A DNA stretch of 64,000 nt from Octopus vulgaris (Eukaryota). The stretch spans positions 78,492,001-78,556,000 of the forward strand of contig OX597827.1 of the NCBI GenBank assembly GCA_951406725.2. The letters run 5' to 3'. The position numbers were made by a program, and so were the translations under genes. Of the stretch, positions 51,871 to 64,000 are shown in pieces (position 1 is the stretch's first letter; each line of letters starts with the position of its first letter). A model generated the notes under the pieces. That model saw only the letters and a list, made by a program, of their open reading frames with translations, was not told the DNA's origin and searched no databases.

Positions 51871-52756
51871 TATGGGGCCAGTTAATAGTTTCCAGAGTAA
51901 TGATAAGCAAGTAATAGGTCTGTCATTGCTGACTTCTCTTTCCTTTGTCCTGTGTCAGCACTGGTCTTTCTTTTGTCATCAATGTTAGTGTTCCATTTTC
52001 TATGCAGTCGTTAAAAAATGGTCGTACATAGCTGTGAATAGTTTGGAGGATTTTCAGCCAGAGACCCTGGACACATCTGGTCCGGGAGATTTCTAGTTTG
52101 CTATTTTCTTGATCATCTCTTATTTTCTTGTCCCTGACTCTTATATTTCCTTGTGTCTCCAGCTTCCATTTCTCTTTTAAATTGTCGCAGCCTGTCTGCT
52201 TTTATATCATGTTGGATTTCTTTGCTCCAGATTTCTGTCCACAATTTTCTTTCGCTCTTCTTAAAGAGTCTATTCCGCTAGTACTGATTTCGTCTCTGTT
52301 GCTATATGTTTATTTTATTTTTTTACCCGGCGTAACTTGGATCTTCTTGTTTTAATTCCTCTTCAGTTGATTGCAGTCCTCTCCGTCTTATGTTGTTCTT
52401 CCTTTGCAGTTCGCTCCTGGGGCTTTCCTTCGTCCTCTTCTTTTCTATGTTTGTATTTATCCGTCCAAGATGTCCCTTGAGTTGCTCAGTTGGGTTCTCA
52501 ACCCTTCGTTCCCATCGTGGGGCTTTGTCTTTTGTTTTCCTTTGACTTTTAATCCCAAGAATGTCCACAACGACAGAAGCTGCTCATTACGTGAGGTCAT
52601 TTACGAGATCTTGTTGATCTGTTATATTTTCCATGGAGATTCTCGTTACCATTTCGTCTATCTTTTTCGCTACATTATATTGTTTTCCTCTTTCGATTCC
52701 TCTCGGAGTTGGTGGTCTCTTTCTTTCTCTATTTCGTGTCTCAATCAGGTGTAGTG

Positions 52757-54030
52757 TTGGGTCATCCCATAAATAATGCGGTTTTTTATACTTTTATTTT
52801 TCAAAATTAAGATAAATTTCTTTTTTAATCTGAAATATACTCTCCTTCATTTTCTGCAATGCTCTTTCATCTGTCTGGTAGACTTACAAGGCCCTCTTCC
52901 AAAATTCACTTGCCCGTGACGGAAAATACTCCTCCAGTACTATTCTGACCTCATCTACAGAATTCATATTTTTTCCATCCAAATGATTTTGAAGACTGCG
53001 GAATAAATGATAATCAGATGGGGTAATGTCCAGCGAATATGGTGGGTGGAGCATCGTTTCCCATTTAAACTGCTCCAGCCTTTCGAATGTCATCCTCGCT
53101 GTATGTGGCTGAGCATTATCCTGATGGAAGAACACCTTTTGTCTTGAAACCAAAGATGGTTGTTTTACTTCTAACGCTGACTTAAGCTGCTCACAGTTGA
53201 TCTCCTTCATTATCGTTTAGTTTGGGTTTAAAAGTTCAAAGTGAACTAAACCTTTCATATTCCACCAAACACATAATAACACCTTACGTGAGTGAAGACC
53301 TTCTTTAGCCTGAAGTGCCGGTGTTTCTCCTTTCCCTGCTCACTGTCTTTGGCGCTTGACATTTTTATAAAGAATCCATTTCTCGTCACCAGTCACCATT
53401 CGGTCCAAATGAATTTCATTCGTGAGATGTGACAGCAAAGAAGAGCACACATTCATTCTCTGTGCGCGATTAGACTCGGGAAGTTTGTGAGGAACCCATT
53501 GACCTAATTTGATGACTTTTCCGATGGCACAGGTGTTGATGAATGGTTGAATGACCAAATACAAGCTTCTCTGCTAGTTCCTCAACAGTTACGATGGGAT
53601 TTTGTTCCACCAGGGTTTGCAGGACGTCCTCGTCGAGCTCTACAGATCTTCTAGGACGAGGATCGTCTTCTAGGCAGTAGTTTCCGGCTTGGAATTTCTA
53701 GAACCACCGTTGACACTGACTTACGCTTATTGTTCAGTCTCCATATACTGCATTAATATTCCTCGCGCTTTCAGTCGCGTTGTTGCTTTTATTGATTGAA
53801 TTCATAAATCAAAATATGCCGAATATGTTCCTTTGTCACTTCCATTATGGCTTCGAAAAGATAACTGTTAAAACCCAACTGCACTCTTCAAAACTTGCAC
53901 TAAAATTAAGGAAAAGGTAGAACTACTAACTGCTTTTATAGCAAGTTGATAGAGGTTGTTTATCCCGTCCCCCTCCGACTTTTAGTTCATGCAATTGAGA
54001 AAAAACCGCATTATTTATGGGATGACCCAA
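52757..54030 (-). mobile_element. mariner transposon (DD34D), near full length, perfect 30-bp TIRs
   Basis: ttgggtcatcccataaataatgcggttttt / aaaaaccgcattatttatgggatgacccaa-TA; WVPHKL, VTGDEKW, HQDNAQPH, YSLDITPSDYHLF. Confidence 0.95.
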
Positions 54031-54744
54031 TAATAAGCTTCTTTCTTCCTTTCCACAAAGTAGAATTCACCTTCATTCGGGCAGCTGTTTCTTTTGTTTG
54101 AATTTACTGGTCCCTCTATTAAGCCCTGTTCTCGTCCTGCTTTTGTTCTTTTTTATTGTTTTTTTGTTCTTCGTGTGCAGTATTGTCACTTTCACACCCG
54201 TTCAGTATTGTAGAGATCTCCTCCTGTTCCGACTGGGATAGTCACTGCCTTCTGACGATTAAATTTTAAGGATCTAAAAGTCTTTCTTCCGTGATAGGGA
54301 GCACGTCTCTCTTTGTTCAAATTTTGTGCATTCTTTTTCGGTACCAATTTTGGTAGACGCGCTTCTGCATTCCATTACAGTTCTAGTATCGTTTTGAGTC
54401 CATTTCCTCCTAATCTTTGTAACAGTATTTGGATAACGACCAGGTACACCCCGCTGCGCAGTGGAACACTTGCCGTGCGAGAGACCTTCACTCTGGGTTC
54501 GGGTCCCATAAACGCAGTTCTGATGATTTCTATTTGGCATTACAACTGTGTTGGTGAGGTGTCGCAATCACCAGTGTTTTTTATCGAGACACCATCTCTA
54601 GGGGCTTCAATTCCTAGACCGGGTGGTGCATTGTCTTCTTGAACGAACCACTTCATCTCACGTAGCTCTGCGATCTCTTTGGCACCTGATATGATATGTG
54701 GCACACCATACACCTGTTCAGATGACGTTGATTTGATGAAGAGA

Positions 54745-55205
54745 GTTAAGTTAAGTTAATTTTTTGGCTCAAAAAGCAAAAAGCAAGGCCATGTAGGGGG
54801 ACATGGAGTTATGTACAGGGTGGTGTTCATGCAAAGAGTTCAAGCCACTTGAGGTCAAGGGAGACTTTGAACTGAGCAGTCGTCGGCATCTTCACTATCT
54901 CGTCCGACAGCTTATTCCACGGATCCGCAACCCGGACGGAGAAAGCCCCTCTCCTTCGATTGAGATGAAATCGTCGCAGATAGAGCTTTTCGGAGTGACC
55001 CCGCAGCCGACGCTCTGGAGCAGGAGTGAAGAACAGCTCTTTCGAGAGGTTACACTTTCCGCTTATGATGTTGTGAGCAAGAATGAGATCACCATGGCGT
55101 CGTCGTTTTTCTAGAGAATAAAGATCGAGCGTCTTCAGCCTTTCTTCATAAGACAAATGCTTGAGACCAAGAACCATGTGGGTAGCCAGCTTCTGGACTC
55201 TTTCG
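54745..55205 (-). mobile_element. 3' end of a CR1-type LINE with (TTAAC)n tail
   Basis: Same sequence as 18300-18675; gttaagttaagttaa tail on the plus strand. Confidence 0.85.
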
Positions 55206-56247
55206 AGAGAGTGAGCTAATGTACATCACAAGCATTTAATCACTATAATCAATTCATTTGTGCAGATCGTTCGGCAAAAGCTGAACGCTCACACGTCGTC
55301 TTCGATGGGAGAGTCCATCATCAACATTATTATTAGTATTATCTCTTTTTATCACAGGTTTTGTTGGAACTCCTGGAGTCTTGCATGCATAGCGAGCTTC
55401 TTACCTGCAGCCTACGGTACCATGCTATCCGTTCTTTTCAGCTATCTAATCCTTTCCTAATTATTCTGTCCGTGCCAAGGAAGCAAACGTTTTGTAACAG
55501 TTCCACTGGGAAACTCTTTTCCAATTTCCTTGATATTCCTCTTGATGCTTTCTCATGTCGTCCCAAGGACAACAATAATTGAAAATATCTTCCTCTCCTT
55601 CATTTTCCACAGCCGGGTTATTTCGTACTGAAGAGATTTCGTAAATATCTATTTTCGCCTTCCTTCTTCAATATTTGTGGATCAAAGGGGCAGGCAACAT
55701 CACATATATAATCACATGTGGTGCATGTTATCCACAACCACAATGTCCGGTCTGTTAAGCTCTAGCATCTGAGCTGCTTGGGTTGGGAAATCCACAGGAT
55801 TTTGCAGGTCCCCGACTCCGCCACTCTGTACGGTCTGCGCTCATACCACGTCTTACCTCTCTCTAGAGACCACTTTTTGCACAGTTTCTAATGTAGCACT
55901 TTGCTACCTGTCTCTTTGTGGCACTGTGTCTTAGTATATGAGATTAATGTGTGTTTGTAATTATATATGTACTTATGTGTGCCATTGTGTGTATTGTGGT
56001 CTATGAAAAGAAGCACCATGTTCTTGCATGTTATAAAAAGGGACTAAAAGTGTTAGCGACAGAAAAGGTATCTTTGGGGGAGTGTTTTCTATAAGCTTGG
56101 ACTGATCAATAGTGAAAGTATTGTGTAGATGGAAACTATATGGAAATGCGTCGTGTGCGTGTGTGTGTGTGTGTGTGCGCGCGCGCGTTCGTGTGCGTAC
56201 GTGCGTGCGCGTGTGTGTTAGCGACGGAAACAGTATTAATACCGAAT

Positions 56248-56587
56248 GGCAATCTTTATATCGTACTAAACGTGGATATATTATTAGAATACCAAATACT
56301 GTCGTATTCGCCTTGAGAGAGCCTCTCATATAGACAAAACGGTAAATTGTTGCCAGTCAGATTTGGCTGGTATGCGGGGACCGGGCGCCTGCCACTGAAG
56401 AAACACAGTACACTGAAATCACGTGATCCGGCTGTTGCGGTACCTATAGCAGGCAGTTCTCATCTGCCACAATATACATGTGTGCTCTTAGTGCTTTACG
56501 TCTATATGAGAGGAATTCTCAAGGCAAATGCTGCAATATTTGGTGTCCTAACAATACACCCATGTTTAGTTGCACATACAGATTGCA
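56248..56587. repeat. imperfect inverted repeat (about 87-bp arms) 400 nt upstream of the ZNF-B coding exon
   Basis: ccttgagagagcctctcatatagac mirrored by gtctatatgagaggaattctcaagg; the ORF track shows related peptides on opposite strands. Confidence 0.7.
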
Positions 56588-56989
56588 TATACTCACATTA
56601 TTTTTGTCCACATTATTTTTCAAATTGCCATCATCACAATGAATCAACAAACAACCCACCTCCCTCTTCGTGGGAAAAGGAAGGGGCCTCTACATAGTCA
56701 CTCAACCTGCTAGAAATAACACACAAGGTGTCTGTGAAAAAAGTAGGGATTCACTAGATAATGTAGTTCTAGATACATTATAAGGGGATGGTCATGGCTA
56801 GAACACCTTTGCTCAATCATGAAGACTAAATCCATGTCATGAAATTTTATTTCAATATAATTTTCTCTTGATACATTTCTGCTTCACATTTTTTGTATTT
56901 CAATTTTTCCATGTTTCCTGTTTATGGAACTGTCACATTTTCTTGTATTTTAAATTGGTTTTGTTTCCTGTATTTTGTAGCCGTGCACC

Positions 56990-59416
56990 ATGTATCCAGT
57001 ACAGCCGATGTACACTCCAGGGAACCAGTTCAATTTCGAGGTGCATGGCCAGTCCTATTACCCCAACAGCCATGTGAAATACCATGACAAATCTCTTCCT
57101 ATGGAGAAACCGTTCAGCTATGATTTCTTTACAAAAAACCTCTCAAGCCGTGTCACATCAAACAACAGCAGCAGTCACCTCCATCACCAAGACAACAGCA
57201 ATAACAATAGCAACAACAACCACAACAGTAGTAGTAACAATAATAACAACAACAGCAACAATCTTCATCAATGCAACAGCCGGGGTGAACGACTCTCTTC
57301 AGAAGAGAAGCAGTATTACTGCGGCTTCTGTAAAAAGTTTTTCGCCCAAAGGAGCCAACTGGAAGCTCATGAGATGACACACTTAGAGAAGACGTTCAGC
57401 ACTTCATTCTTCAGTCGAGCTTTTCCACTTCAACATTCTTCTGACTTCAAGAACTTTGATCAAGTAACAATGGATCGTTCTTTTGGCCTCCCCAGTAACT
57501 TCGACAACGAGGCCGACCACAATAACAATCCAAACTCCATGTTCTCCAGTCGTTCCGCATTTCCGTTTTATTCTTCTCATTCTCATCTTCACAGCCAAGG
57601 CATCCCAAAAGACACAAAGGACATAGACCTTAGTCGTCCCCATTGTGACAATACGGCAGGAGCAGCTTCAGTTGGGTTGACGTCAGCTGATAAATTATTC
57701 AATTGTGATATTTGTGGAAAGGCCTTTGCACAGCGGACCAATCTGGCAAACCACCGACGGATCCACACGGGTGAAAGGCCCTTTACTTGTTTGGAGTGTG
57801 GAAAATCTTTTAGCCAACAAGGGAACTTGAAGATACATGCACGAACACATTCCGGAGAGAAACCTTTTAACTGTGAAACCTGTGGTAAATCCTTTAGCCA
57901 GAGAACTAACCTCGACAACCATCGGCGTGTCCATTCTGGAGACTTGTTCAACTGTCGCTTCTGCTCGAAAGCGTTTTCTCTGCAAATTAATCTTCGCAAC
58001 CATGAACGGGTCCACACTGGCGAGAAGCCCTTTAAATGTACTTACTGTCCGAAAATGTTTAGCCAACAAGGAAATCTGAGAACTCATTTAAGAACTCACA
58101 CAGGGGAAAAACCCTATCACTGCGACACTTGTGGTAAGTCGTTTTGTCAAAAAATAAACTTAGATAATCACCGTCGAATTCACACTGGAGATCTGTTTAA
58201 GTGTTCGTTTTGCTCGAAAGCTTTCTATCAGCAAATCAATCTACGTAACCACGAACGCATCCACACAGGCCAAAAGCCGTACCACTGTGCATATTGTGAC
58301 CGCACTTTCTGCCAACAGACAGAATGGAAAAACCACGAACGAGTTCATACAGGAGAAAAGCCATTCGTTTGTGCAGTTTGCGGGAAAGCATTTAGTCAAC
58401 AGGGGAACCTGAAGATTCATTTGAGGACCCATACTGGAGAGAAACCTTACAGTTGTATGGACTGTGGAAAGGCATTTTGCCAGAAGATCAACCTGGACAA
58501 CCATCGACGCACTCACACGGGGGAGCTGTTCAAATGCACAATGTGCTCGAAAGCGTTCACTTTGCAGATCAGTTTGAAGAACCACGAACGGGTGCACACG
58601 GGGGAGAAACCATTCATCTGCACAGTGTGCCAGAAAGCATTTAGTCAACAAGGGAATCTCAAGACGCACATGCGCAAACATACGGGTGAGAAGCCTTTTT
58701 CGTGCAATGTCTGCGGGAAGGCCTTTTCCCAGAGGGGAAACCTCAATCACCACCGAAGAACACACACAGCAGCGGAATTAACTGCAAAGTTCTCGTTAAC
58801 CTCCCCAGCAGCTGCTGCAGTTGCACTGAACAAACCAAATGATAGAAGTAACAACAACAACAACGATAATAACAATAATAATAATAATGGCAGTAGTACA
58901 CCAATTAAATCTTCAGTTGGGTCACCACCATTGACACCGGCTGGACTAACATCACCCTATCCAAACAGGGACAATAAACTCTTTCAAAGGAATATCGGGG
59001 GTTTGAAATCGAGTCTTGACCTCAGTAGTATTGGTGGCAGCCCCGATCCCGATGGACCTCTCCATAATTCATCACTGATTGATGGGTCCATCAGCTCAGG
59101 GACTGGAATATTAAAAGACCGTCTAAGGGACCAACAGGCCCTCAGTGCCTCGGCACGTCTACAAGCTTCTGCAATGACGTCATCGTGGATGGCTTCCCCT
59201 TACCTACAAGATATGCCACAAAGCTGGGAAAATAATTACCTGTGGTCGCGAAGTTTCGCCATGCCGCCCATGGCAACCTCTTACTGGCCGAATGTACCGG
59301 CCCCGTTGCCATGCGGAAGTATGAAGCAGGGCAGGCAAAGTCCTTGGACCAGCATCCAGGGAATGCACACTTCCCAAAAATGTGCAATCGATGCGCAAAA
59401 TCACTGCATGAAGTGA
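56990..59416 (+). CDS. C2H2 zinc-finger transcription factor ZNF-B, 808 aa (13 tandem fingers + 1 isolated finger)
   Basis: Acceptor ttgtttcctgtattttgtag ends 56980; caccATG; uninterrupted ORF; canonical CxxC/HxxxH fingers. Confidence 0.97.
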   Translation: MYPVQPMYTPGNQFNFEVHGQSYYPNSHVKYHDKSLPMEKPFSYDFFTKNLSSRVTSNNSSSHLHHQDNSNNNSNNNHNSSSNNNNNNSNNLHQCNSRGERLSSEEKQYYCGFCKKFFAQRSQLEAHEMTHLEKTFSTSFFSRAFPLQHSSDFKNFDQVTMDRSFGLPSNFDNEADHNNNPNSMFSSRSAFPFYSSHSHLHSQGIPKDTKDIDLSRPHCDNTAGAASVGLTSADKLFNCDICGKAFAQRTNLANHRRIHTGERPFTCLECGKSFSQQGNLKIHARTHSGEKPFNCETCGKSFSQRTNLDNHRRVHSGDLFNCRFCSKAFSLQINLRNHERVHTGEKPFKCTYCPKMFSQQGNLRTHLRTHTGEKPYHCDTCGKSFCQKINLDNHRRIHTGDLFKCSFCSKAFYQQINLRNHERIHTGQKPYHCAYCDRTFCQQTEWKNHERVHTGEKPFVCAVCGKAFSQQGNLKIHLRTHTGEKPYSCMDCGKAFCQKINLDNHRRTHTGELFKCTMCSKAFTLQISLKNHERVHTGEKPFICTVCQKAFSQQGNLKTHMRKHTGEKPFSCNVCGKAFSQRGNLNHHRRTHTAAELTAKFSLTSPAAAAVALNKPNDRSNNNNNDNNNNNNNGSSTPIKSSVGSPPLTPAGLTSPYPNRDNKLFQRNIGGLKSSLDLSSIGGSPDPDGPLHNSSLIDGSISSGTGILKDRLRDQQALSASARLQASAMTSSWMASPYLQDMPQSWENNYLWSRSFAMPPMATSYWPNVPAPLPCGSMKQGRQSPWTSIQGMHTSQKCAIDAQNHCMK

Positions 59417-59715
59417 TGCGTCGCCAAGACATGTCGCAATCGTGAAACGGAAGAAAATAGTTATATATATATATAAAAAAAAAACATTTGTATCTTCACA
59501 CCAAGCAACAACAACAACAACATCAACAAAAGCAATATGATGCCCAATTAAAGCATTTGAAGTTTGAAATAATTAATTTAGGTTGTTCAAACAGAAATTC
59601 CTTGTTTTTAAAGAAAGACAACAATGCACGCACATGCACAAGTGTAAATACAACAATAATATATAACAAGACACACTTTTATATATGTATATATATATAT
59701 ACATGTGTGTGTGTT

Positions 59716-59792
<77 letters not shown>

Positions 59793-59811
59793 GTATATAT
59801 ATATATGTATG

Positions 59812-59843
<32 letters not shown>

Positions 59844-60314
59844 TATATGTATATGTAAATGTATATATATATATATATATGTATATGTGTGTATATATAT
59901 ATACATATACATATATATATATAATATGTAATATATAATATATATATATATGTATATACACATTCATACATATGCACATATATATATACACACATATAAA
60001 TACATCTATCTGTATAATATACATATTCATATATTGTATGTATACATACATACAGCGATATCTATACTTTTATATACACCTACTCTTTCACGTATCAGTA
60101 TAAATGTAATTGTTGACAAACCTTATCTGATTGGTTTATATTGTTGATTTTAATATTATTATTGACAAAACAGTAATAATTGACTGCACGATGTAATGAT
60201 GTTATGTTGTGGCAAACGACGGCTAAATGGAAACTGCTGACGGTACAATACGACCATTGACAGTGCAACAGAGAAAGTGATAGCACAATGTAAGAATTGA
60301 TTGTCCACAGTCTA

Positions 60315-60865
60315 TTAATTGACAGTAAAATATAGCACCTGATGGTAACGTGTAGCTATTGATTGTGAAATGTAGCTTTTGACAGTAAAATAATACTATT
60401 CATGGTAAAATGTAGCTATTGATGGTGATATGCAGCTATTGACAATAAAATTTAGCTATTTATTGTGAAATGTAGCTATTGACGGTGAAATGTAGCTATT
60501 GACGGTAAAATGTAGCTATTGACAGTAAAATATAGCTATTGACAGTGAAATGTAGCTATTGACGGTAAAATGTAGCTATTGACGCTAAAATGTAGCTATG
60601 GGTAGTAAAATGTATCTATTGACGGTGAGATCAAGCTATTGGCAGTGAAATGTAGCTATTGACAATAAAATCTAGCAGTTGACGATAAAATGTAGCTATT
60701 AGTGGTAGAATGTAGCTATGGACAGTGAAATGTTGCTATTGACGCTAAACTGCGACTATTGACAACAAAATATAGCTATTGACACAAAAACTGTAGTTAT
60801 TAATAGCAAAATGTAGCTATTGACGATAAAACATCATAACTGATAGTAAAATGTAACTAGTGACA
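60315..60865. repeat. 20-bp minisatellite (gacRgtRaaatgtagctatt), about 27 units
   Basis: Exact 20-nt period visible in the 60-column layout. Confidence 0.95.
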
Positions 60866-61324
60866 TGAAGGTCCTTATGTTCATGATTTCACAGCAAGAC
60901 TAACTCTGTACAGGTGTGACACCGTATATTAATTAACTAATCGAAACCGATAAAAAGAACATCAGATAAATTAATATGCTAACAGACAAACCAATGAATA
61001 CAGGTCAACTGATGGAATAACATACATAATTAAAGAAAGAACAACCAAAAGGTTATTGAAGAACTGATTAATTAATTAAACAAATGAGAAGATAATGGAA
61101 CAACTGGTAGATTGATGAGCAAACCAACAAACGAGTGGAACCAGCTGACAAACTAATGGGATAACTAGCAAGCTGGTGGGACAATTGAAAAATCGATGGG
61201 ATAACCAAGAAACTAAAGAGACAATTGATAACCTGTGGAAACTGACAAGCTTATGGAACTGATGGACAAAAGACAGGCCGATAGGATGATTGACAAGCTG
61301 ATGTATTAAATGATAAATACATGG

Positions 61325-61928
61325 GTCAACTGACAAGCTGATGGGCTAATTGTTAAGTTGATGGGACAACTGACAAGCTGATAGGATAATGAAGAGGTTA
61401 GTAGGATAACTGACAATCTGTTGTGTTAACTGATGAGTTAATTTGACAACTGACAAGCTGATGGGCTAATTGATAAGCTGATGGGACAATTGACAAGCTG
61501 ATGGGATAATTGATAAGCTGATGGGACAATTGACAAGCTGATGGGACAATTGACAAGCTGATGGGATAATTGATAAGCTGATGGGACAATTGACAAGCTG
61601 ATGGGATAATTGACAAGCTGATAGGATAATTGACAAGCTGATGGGACAATTGACAAGCTGATGGGACAATTGACAAGCTGATGGGATAATTGACAAGCTG
61701 ATAGGATAATTGACAAGCTGATAGGATAATTGACAAGCTGATGGGACAATTGACAAGCTGATGGGACAATTGACAAGCTGATGGAACAATTGACAAGCTG
61801 ATGGAACAATTGACAAGCTGATGGGATAATTGACAAGCTGATGAAACAATTGACAAGCTGATGGGACAATTGACAAGCTGATAGGATAATTGACAAGCTG
61901 ATGGAACAATTGGTAAGCTGATGGGACA
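61325..61928. repeat. 20-bp minisatellite (tgacaagctgatgggaYaat), about 28 units, decaying leftward to about 61100
   Basis: Exact 20-nt period. Confidence 0.95.
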
Positions 61929-62219
61929 GCCACAAAACACATTTGTCACAATTGGAAACAAAAACTATCTCAGTATTGTAAACCAATGGCATAAATAATA
62001 TATCAGACCTAGTTGTTTAGCAAACAACGACAAATTTAGTGTGAATAAAGAAGAAACAAACAAGAAATGTGTTATACAAATAACAGTTTTATATGAAAGT
62101 AACAATATGTTGTTAAAATGTAAACCACATGACCTCATGATTTTAACACTGAATACAGAACATATACACACACTATTTCATACATGTGCACACACTTGTA
62201 TAAATATGTGTGTCACAGT

Positions 62220-62264
<45 letters not shown>

Positions 62265-62429
62265 GACAACAGAATAAAACAGGAGATTCAGTCAAACATT
62301 TTTATTATAACATCATTCAGTACATAACCATTACATGTGTTTCACTGACATATACTAGTGCTCTACTATTTTTGTTCAAAATGGCAATTTTTCAATACAT
62401 ACACACACACACACACACATTTCTACGCA

Positions 62430-62596
<167 letters not shown>

Positions 62597-62806
62597 TATA
62601 ATTCTATAAATATATATATATATATATATATATACCGGAGTAAACCCATAAATGTGAAACAAGGTGGAAAAAAGAGTACTCAAATGCCAGTGGTAGAGTA
62701 ATATGCTTTATTTAAAGCAGCAGAAAATTCAACAAAACCTGTTACTCTGAGTTTCACGTTCCCATTCGTAATAGGTTTTGTTGAATTTTCAGCTGCTTTA
62801 AATAAA

Positions 62807-62850
<44 letters not shown>

Positions 62851-62854
<4 letters not shown>

Positions 62855-63012
62855 CAGAAAATGGAGAAATATTGATGGACAACAATTGACTTACATCAAT
62901 TATTATTAATTAATTCAATGCAAATAGACTGCAGTCTATTTGCATTTAATTAATAAATAATAATTGATGAAAGCCAATTGTTGTCCATCAATATTTCTCC
63001 ATTTTCTGTTTT
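62851..63012. repeat. loopless palindrome (about 80-bp arms) inserted in (TA)n
   Basis: Centre ...atgcaaatagactg|cagtctatttgcat...; arms match out to aaacagaaaatggagaaatattgatggacaacaattg. Confidence 0.9.
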
Positions 63013-63184
63013 CTTTTAATTTTCACTCTTGATAAACTCACGTTTATCCTTGTGTTTACCTGTAATTTGTGAGCATAACATGCTCTCAAATGCATGCCCA
63101 TGGTTAAACACAGGCAATATACCCGGAGTATAATGGATACTTCTATCCCTTAGACGGTTACTTTAACCTCTAACTCAGCTAACC

Positions 63185-63250
<66 letters not shown>

Positions 63251-63404
63251 AGTACCGGAGTAAACACATAAATGTGAAACAAGGTGGAAAAAAGAGTACT
63301 CAAATACCAGAGGTAGAGTAATGTGCTTTATTTAAAGCAGCAGAAAATTCAACAAAGCCTGTTACTCTGAATTTTCTGCTGCTTTAAGTAAAGTATGTAT
63401 GTAA

Positions 63405-63547
<143 letters not shown>

Positions 63548-63962
63548 GATATATATGTAGATATATATATGTATATATATGTATTCATATAGTGTATGTA
63601 TGAATGTGTGTATATATATATATATTTATATAATGTTTATATATATATATTTGCACATATATACATACATTTGTGTGTGTGTACACTCGTGCGTGTATGC
63701 ATGTATATATGTTGGCTTGCAAATGTGTTTCAATCCTTTTTAAGATAGAACTGAAAATGACTGAAAGATGTCTGCAAGCATTATTCCAATTCAAAAACAA
63801 ACATACAAACACCACTAATGGCAGTATGGAGTTCTTTACTTAGGTTGTGAATACGCCTCTTCAGGGCAACAGGCACTTTACACAGATTTATGTATCTGTG
63901 TGTGTGTATATACACATATATATATATATATATTCATATACATATATATATATATATGTATG

Positions 63963-64000
<38 letters not shown>

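Larger units (their letters stand above)
50460..54600 (-). mobile_element. decayed R4/Dong-like non-LTR retrotransposon, interrupted by an RTE fragment and a mariner
   Basis: IFQGD*LSPLLFVVVLIP, LDDLKQY, GYEYLG, KVINTWA motifs; N-terminal RRKWTQNDTRTVMEC. Confidence 0.7.

Noticed and set aside
60315-61992. 20-bp arrays as CRISPR, and ORFs 61398-61992 as repeat proteins
   Set aside because: No unique spacers, eukaryotic context, no cas genes; the ORFs are by-products of a stop-free repeat strand
62328-62390. Minus-strand GAAACACAUGUA half-hammerhead
   Set aside because: No matching CUGANGA half found before the microsatellite

Overview
AT-rich, microsatellite- and SINE-dense metazoan DNA, most likely octopus (inferred from the repeat families and the gene type). 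It holds two same-strand paralogous C2H2 zinc-finger genes, each with a single coding exon: ZNF-A (ATG 21345) and ZNF-B (56990-59416, 808 aa). Around them are tRNA-derived SINEs, LINE remnants (CR1-, RTE- and R4/Dong-like), three mariner remnants, a Helitron nested in a foldback element, MITEs and minisatellites. Two signals stand out. (1) Both ZNFs share an N-terminal MYxxQPxY start and a Trp-rich C-terminal motif (QxWENxYxWxRxF-AMxP-x5-WxNxP-xx-xPC) that I do not recognise. In ZNF-A this motif is cut off by one extra C inside a 47-codon polyQ tract. (2) At least six sequence-unrelated minimal type I hammerhead-ribozyme motifs occur, several inside palindromic elements inserted in (TA)n tracts, together with a decayed Penelope-type GIY-YIG ORF. 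All complete motifs are antisense to the ZNF genes, and the two sense-strand copies are broken. All calls were made by eye; no database search was run.
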